This document shows, in pieces, positions 58,035-64,000 of a stretch of DNA of 64,000 nt. Below the pieces are notes generated by a model. The model was given only the letters and a program-made list of their open reading frames with translations. It was not told the origin of the DNA and did no database searches. The stretch's first letter is position 1. Every line of letters begins with the position of its first letter. Origin of the DNA: Squalus acanthias (Eukaryota); the NCBI GenBank assembly GCA_030390025.1, contig CM059433.1, positions 1,922,001-1,986,000 of the forward strand, read 5' to 3'. The position numbers and the translations under genes are program-made.

Positions 58035-61000
58035 GAACATAGGAACACAAGTAGGCCATTCAGCCCCTTGAGCCTGTTCTGCCATTCATTGAGATCATGG
58101 CTGATCTGTATCTTAACTCCATCCCTCTGCCTTGACTCCATATCCTTTTATACCCTTGGCTGGCAAAAGTCTATTGCTCTCAGATTTAAAATGATGAATT
58201 GAGCTAGCATCTACTGCTTTTTGTGAGAGAGAGTTCACCCTTCTACCACCCTTTACATGAAGAAGTGTTTCCTAACTTCTCTCCTGAATGGACTGGCTCT
58301 GATTTTAAGGTTATTTCCCTAGTCCTGGACTCCCCCCAACAGCGGAAAAAGTTTCTCTCTCAACCCTACCAATTCCTTTCAAAATCCTAAATCACCCCTT
58401 AACCTTCTATATTCTAGGGAATGCAAGCTTAATTTATGTAATCTCTCCCCATAATCTAACTCTTGGAGCACTGGTAACATTCTGATCAATCTGCGCTGCA
58501 CTCCTTCCAAGGCCAATATACTTTCTAAGGTGTGGTGCCCAGACTACACAGCACTCCAGATGTGGTCTAACCAGGGCTTTGTATAGCTGCAGCAAAACTT
58601 CCTCCCCTTTATATTCTAGCCATCAAGTTATAAAGGCTAACATTCCATCAGCGTTTTTGATTTATTTTTTGTACCTGACTACTACATTTTAGTGATCTGT
58701 GTGCACGGACTCCGAAATCTCTTTGGACCTCAACTGTTCCTAGCTTTTCACCATTTAAATAACACTCGGATCTATCCTTTTTTGGTCCAAAATGGATGAT
58801 CTCACACTTGCCTGCGTTGAAATCCATCTGTCTTCTGGAAGTCCGTATAATCTACATCCATAGACATTCCCCTGTTTCTTACTTTAGTTACTTAAAAAAT
58901 TCAATTAGGTTTGTTAGACATGACCTACCCGTTACAAATCCATGTTGGCGCTCTCTGATCAGCTCAAATTTCTCTAAGTGCTCAGTCACTCTGTCCTTAA
59001 TTACAGATTCCAATAACTTCACACAACAGATGTTAGACTAACAAGTCTATAATCTCTCTCTCCTTTCTTAAATAATGGAGTTACATTTGCAATTTTCCAA
59101 TCTAAAGGGACAATTCCTGACTCGAGAGAGCTGTGCAAGTTTATGGCTAAAACATCTGTAATTTCCTCACCTACTGCCTTTAAAACCCTGGGATGGAAAC
59201 AATCAGGTCCTGGGGATCTGTCAGTCTTCAGTGCTATTATTTTGTCTAATACTGTTTTCTTGCTCATGTTAACTTTAGTGAGTTCCAGTCCTTGAATCAT
59301 TATTCATTTCCCTGGAATGTCAGGTATATTATCCTCTTCCTCTACTGTGAAGACTGACACAAAGTAATTATTCAACAAGTGTGCCATTTCCTTATTTTCA
59401 TTTGCAATATTACCCCTATCTGTTTTTAAAGGGTCCACATTACCCTTGACTACCCTTTCTTCTGATATAATTGTAAAAACTTTTTGTGTTATCTTTGATA
59501 TCCTCGAGTTTCTTTTTGTATTCACTTCTGCAGCTCTTGCTGTCATTTTTGTCTTCCTTTGCTGTTCATTATATCTTTTCCAGTCCCCTGGATTTACACT
59601 ATTATTTGCACTTGTATATGCTCTTTCCTTTTGTTTTCTGTTATCTCTCCTATTTTGTCAACCATGGCTGTTTTATTTGGTAAGTGGAGCTTTTTCCCCT
59701 CGCGATATATATTGGTCCTGTTTTAAGCTCAATTCTTTTTCGAACACTTTCCACTGTTCATCTGTAGTTTTACTTAGTGTGGCACGGATATGTGGTTGGA
59801 AGCTCATTTCAGGGTCAAATATGACACTAAGGTTGCGAACAGTCTGGTTCCGCCTCAGACAGATGCGAGAGAGAAGGGATGGAGTTTGTGGCGGTGACCA
59901 AAGACAATGGCTTCAGTCTTCCCAATATTTAATTCAAGGAAATTTCTGCTCGTCCAGTACTGAATGCCGGACAATCAGTCTGACAATTTAGATACCGTGG
60001 AGGGGTTGAGAGAAGCAGTGGTGAGGTAGAGCTGGGTGTCATCAGCGTACATGTGGAATTTGACGCTGTGTTTTCAGATGATGTCGCCAAGGGGCAACAT
60101 GAAGATGAGAAATAGGAGCTGGCCAAGGATAGATCCTACGTAAACTTGAGGTCATCCAAAACTCGGCTGCCCGTGTCCTAACTCGCACCAAGTCCCGTTC
60201 GCCCATCACCCCTGTGCTCGCTGACCTACATTGGCTCTCGGTTAAGCAACGCCTTCATTTTAAAATTCTCATTCTTGTTTCTAAAGCCCTCCATGACCTC
60301 GCCTCTCCCTATCTCTGTAATCTCCAGCCCCACAACCCCCTGAGATATCTGCGCTCCTCCAATTCTGGCCTCTTGAGCATCCATTGGCGGCTGTGTCTTC
60401 AGTTGCCGAGGCCCTAAGTTCTGGAATTCCCTTCCTAAACCTCTCCGCCTCGCTACCTCTCCTTCCTCCTTTAAGACGCTCCTTAAAACCTACCTTTTTG
60501 ACCAAGCTTTTGGTCACCTAATTTCTCCTTATGTGGTTCGGTGTCAAATTTTGTTTTATGACACTCTTGTGAAGTGCCTTGGGACGTTTTACTACGTTAA
60601 AGGTACTTTACAAATACAAGTTGTTGTTGTTGTTGTTTCTCTGGTAATAGTTTTGACCAGTTTGTTGTTGTCAGTCTCGGTCTCATCCTGTTGAACTTAG
60701 CCGTACCAAAATCTAGAATCAAAGTAACTTTCTCCTTTTCAAACCTAACGTTGAATTCTATCATATTATGATCACTGTTAGATAAATGTTTCCTTACTGT
60801 GAGATTAATAACTAAGTCTGGCTCATTACTCATTGTGAAATCTAGTATGGCCTGTCCTCCTCTTGGTTTTGGAACATCTTGCTCCAGAAAACTATCTTGA
60901 ATGCACTCAAGAAATCCACAATCTTTGTGACTTGAGCTACTGTGCTCTTCCCAAACAATATAAAAATTCAAGTCTCCCATTAAAGCAGCTTTCCTTTTGC

Positions 61001-62600
61001 TGCAAGCCTCTCTAATTTCTGAATGAATACATTCTTCCACTTCATTGCTGCTATCAGGAGGCCTGCAGACAACTCCCATTACAGTTTTGTCCCCTCTCAT
61101 TCCTCAATTTTAACCATACTGTCTCCGCTGATTGCTTTCCCTTAACTACATCCTCCCTTACTAATGTTGTAATGGTATCTTTAATCAATAAGGTTGCTGC
61201 TCCTCCTCTTCCAATTTCCCTTTTTTTAAGACCTGAAATATTTACCTCCCAATCCTAACCAGCTTGCAGCCATGTCTCAGTAATGGCCGCCATGCCATAC
61301 ACTCTAAGCTGTATTTGAGCCTCTAATTCACTCAATTCATTTCTTGTACTCTGCGTTCGTGTAACCTGTCCTTCTGCTTTGATGCTGTCTTTCTCACACC
61401 GTTTAACTTCACATGTTTCTTCTTTGTTGCTCCTGCTGTAATTACTTTAGGTAGTTTAGTATTCTCTTCACCTGGAGTATCTCGATAACTGTCTGCAACC
61501 TGACCTCTGCTCTTACCTCTTTTTTAAAATAATTTTTACTATTGCTTCTGAATGAGTTTCACCCCCACTCCTCATTTATTAGTTTAAAGTCCTTCTTACC
61601 ACCCTATTTATCCTTTCTGCTAGGACCATGGTCCCAGCCCAGTTCAGGTGCAGCCCATCCAATGATACAGCTCCCTCCTGTCCCAGTACTGGTGCCAGTG
61701 TCCCATAAAGAGAAACTCCTCCTTCTCACACCACTCCTTTAGTCGTGTGGTTACCTTCCTGATCTGTTTGGCCCTATACCAAATAGCACATGGCTCGGGT
61801 AATAATCCTGAGGTTATCACCCTTGAGATCATGCTTTTTAATTTAGCTCCTAACTCCTGATACTCCCTCAGCAGAACTGCCTCCCTTTTCTCCTCTGCAG
61901 AACTGCCTCCCTTTTCTTCCCTATGTCATTGGTCCAGACATGGACCATAACAATTAGATCTGACCCCTGCCCACCTTTTCCAAATTCCTTTCCATCCACA
62001 TTGAAATATCCCTTACCCCAGGCACCAGGTAGGCAACACACCCTTCAAGACTCTCCATCATGGCTGCAGAGGATCCTATATATCCCACTAATTATTGAAT
62101 CCCCTATAACTATAACATATCTATTCTGCTCCCTGCCTCCCTCCCACACCCACTTTGGATAGGCCTCTGCTCCATGATGCCTAGGTTAGCATTGTGGCTG
62201 TCGTCCCCACAGTCTTTCTCCTTATCCTCACAGGTATCAAGTACATTGTACCTGTTGGATAGGACCAGTGTTTGCGGGACCACCTCCTCTATCTCCCCTC
62301 GGTTCCCCCTACCCTGCTGACTGACAATCGCACTCTCCCCTTCCTGCACCTGTACTTTCCTCTGAGATGTGAATACCCTGGAGAAAACTATCCAGAAATT
62401 TCTCCCCTCTCCCTTATGTGTCGGAGTTTCTTTAACTCTGACTCCAACTCAAGGACTCTGAGCTGGAGTGTCTCAAGGCAGTGACATTTCCTGCAGATCT
62501 GGCAATCCGGGACAGTTTCACTGTCTACAAACTCCCACATACTACAGTCCCAACACAAAGCCTGCACTGCCATTTCTAGTTTTTATTTATTTGTTAGTAG
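58035..62600 (-). mobile_element. Decayed near-full-length CR1 LINE (ORF1 Cys-rich region, coiled coil and SGNH esterase-like region; ORF2 AP endonuclease and RT), interrupted by an L2
   Basis: MAVQALCWDCSMWE..CRKC..LQLRVLELESEL (62573); VITSGLLPEP..WCEKEEFLFMGHW (~61800); MGDLN, ILD and SDHNMI endonuclease motifs (61100-60640); RSPGPD..HPRVLK; CR1 3' UTR near 58040. Confidence 0.85.
59773..60637 (+). mobile_element. L2 LINE with 5' inversion nested in CR1
   Basis: 59773-60136 is the reverse complement of L2 51901-~52286; 60136-60637 matches 52426-52955 and ends in (GTT)n. Confidence 0.85.
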
Positions 62601-63477
62601 TAATTTAGTTCTAGATATAATAGAATTACTTGATCTAGATTATATTTAGTAGATGGATTTAGCTTGATTTCAGGCTGTCTTGCTTTTTGTTTGTTACCTT
62701 TATTTTAGTGTCCCCTTACCTCCTATTTATTATTTATGTATACCAGATTTTTATTTAATGCAATTCAGAATCCTTTAATATTGGTATCATCTATTTAGTT
62801 AATGTTAACTTTAGCCCCTTTGATCTAATTAATTATTCTGATTATTTATTATATGTTTACTTACGCACTGTTGCCCTTGGTTTAAATTACTTAGCACCTC
62901 ATTTCCCCTCTGCACCAAATTTCCACTCTCTCCAAATTCCTGCTGTCGCTCTGTTTAGTAAGCCACTCCGTTTAGCAGATTCACCCAGCTCTGTGCTCAG
63001 CTCTCAGCGTTTGACATATGTGGGGCTGAAGTTGGAGGATTGTTTAACTAAAAACCAAAATGTTTGGAAGTTTTTTGAAAAAGACTGGTTCCCAGTGGAC
63101 TGGTTAATAAGCACCCTACCAAGAAGATGCCAAAAATACTTTAAGGCAAAGGAGCAAGTTTATTGAACTGATAAACATTCATTAAAAAGTAATACATTGT
63201 AAAGGTGCAGTAAAGTGTAATAGCACAGTATGCATTCTGTGATGACCATCTGTCATGGGAAGCTTCCAATGAGCCAGTCGGGACTTATATTCTCAGCCTA
63301 TTAGTCATGTACCAGAGCTTGAAGTAAAAAAAGAAAATGCACATCTGGTTAATGTTTCAGGTTGCTACTTTGTCAGAACAAAAAGAGTGAACTGAATAGG
63401 GAAAATATCAACTGTAACAATGAATGACTTAATGTTAAACCTGCTTATAAGCAAACATTTGTGAAGTCTTAATATAA

Positions 63478-64000
63478 CAGTAAAATGCTGTGGATGCTGG
63501 AAAACTGAAGTAAAAACAAAATGCTGGAAATACTCAGCAGGTCAGGCAGCATCTGTGGAGAGAGAAACAGAGTTAACGTTTCAGGTCGATGACCTTTCAT
63601 CAGAACGGGAAAAAGTTGGAGATGTAACAGATTTTAAGCAAGTACAGAGGCAGGGAAAGGGGGGAGGGGAGGAAAGAACAAAAGGGAAGGTCTGTGATGG
63701 GGTGGAAGGCAGGAGAGATTAAATGACAAAAGGGATGATGGTGCAAGGCAAAAGGAGATGGTAATGGGACAAGTTAAGAAACAAAAGATGAGTCTAGAGG
63801 AGGTGTAAATGGGAATAATCAGCAACAGCTGCCATCCGAAAAAAAATTGGAGTCGAGGTTATGATCTGAAATTTTTGAACTCAATGCCTAATCGAAAAAT
63901 GAGGTGCTGTTACTCGAGCTTGCATTGATTTTCATTGGGACAGTGTAGGAGGCCGAGGGCAAAGTGGGAATGCGATGGAGAATTAAAATGATAGGTGACC
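63478..64000 (-). mobile_element. Penelope-like element 3' part (runs off window)
   Basis: Reverse complement matches 37080-37655, including a decayed GIY-YIG C-terminus at about 63860-64000. Confidence 0.85.
63571..63607 (-). ncRNA. Minimal hammerhead ribozyme motif
   Basis: Minus strand reads CGTT-CTGATGA-A-AGGTC(ATC)GACCT-GAAAC-GTT-AACT. Confidence 0.72.

Overview
Eukaryotic, repeat-rich vertebrate DNA; the repeat families suggest a cartilaginous fish (inference). The complete DDX1 gene lies on the minus strand. I traced 26 coding exons by hand from the ATG at 53313 to the TGA at 10830; all introns are GT-AG and the exons sum to 2223 nt (740 aa plus stop). Only 261 nt upstream, NBAS exon 1 starts on the plus strand, so the two genes share a compact GC-rich bidirectional promoter. 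The rest is mostly nested retroelement and transposon debris. It includes CR1-clade LINEs (one decayed near-full-length copy with an esterase-type ORF1, and young 5'-truncated copies with open RT frames), L2-clade LINEs with (GTT)n tails, Deu-domain tRNA-SINEs, Harbinger-type MITEs with 3-bp TSDs, and a TA-flanked Tc1/mariner-type MITE. It also includes Penelope-like elements (GIY-YIG endonuclease) carrying minimal hammerhead-ribozyme motifs. The most striking structure is a Penelope-like insertion in the last DDX1 intron forming a near-perfect 325-bp inverted repeat with a hammerhead motif on each strand. No CRISPR, rRNA or true tRNA genes were seen, and most ORFs in the supplied track are repeat fragments.
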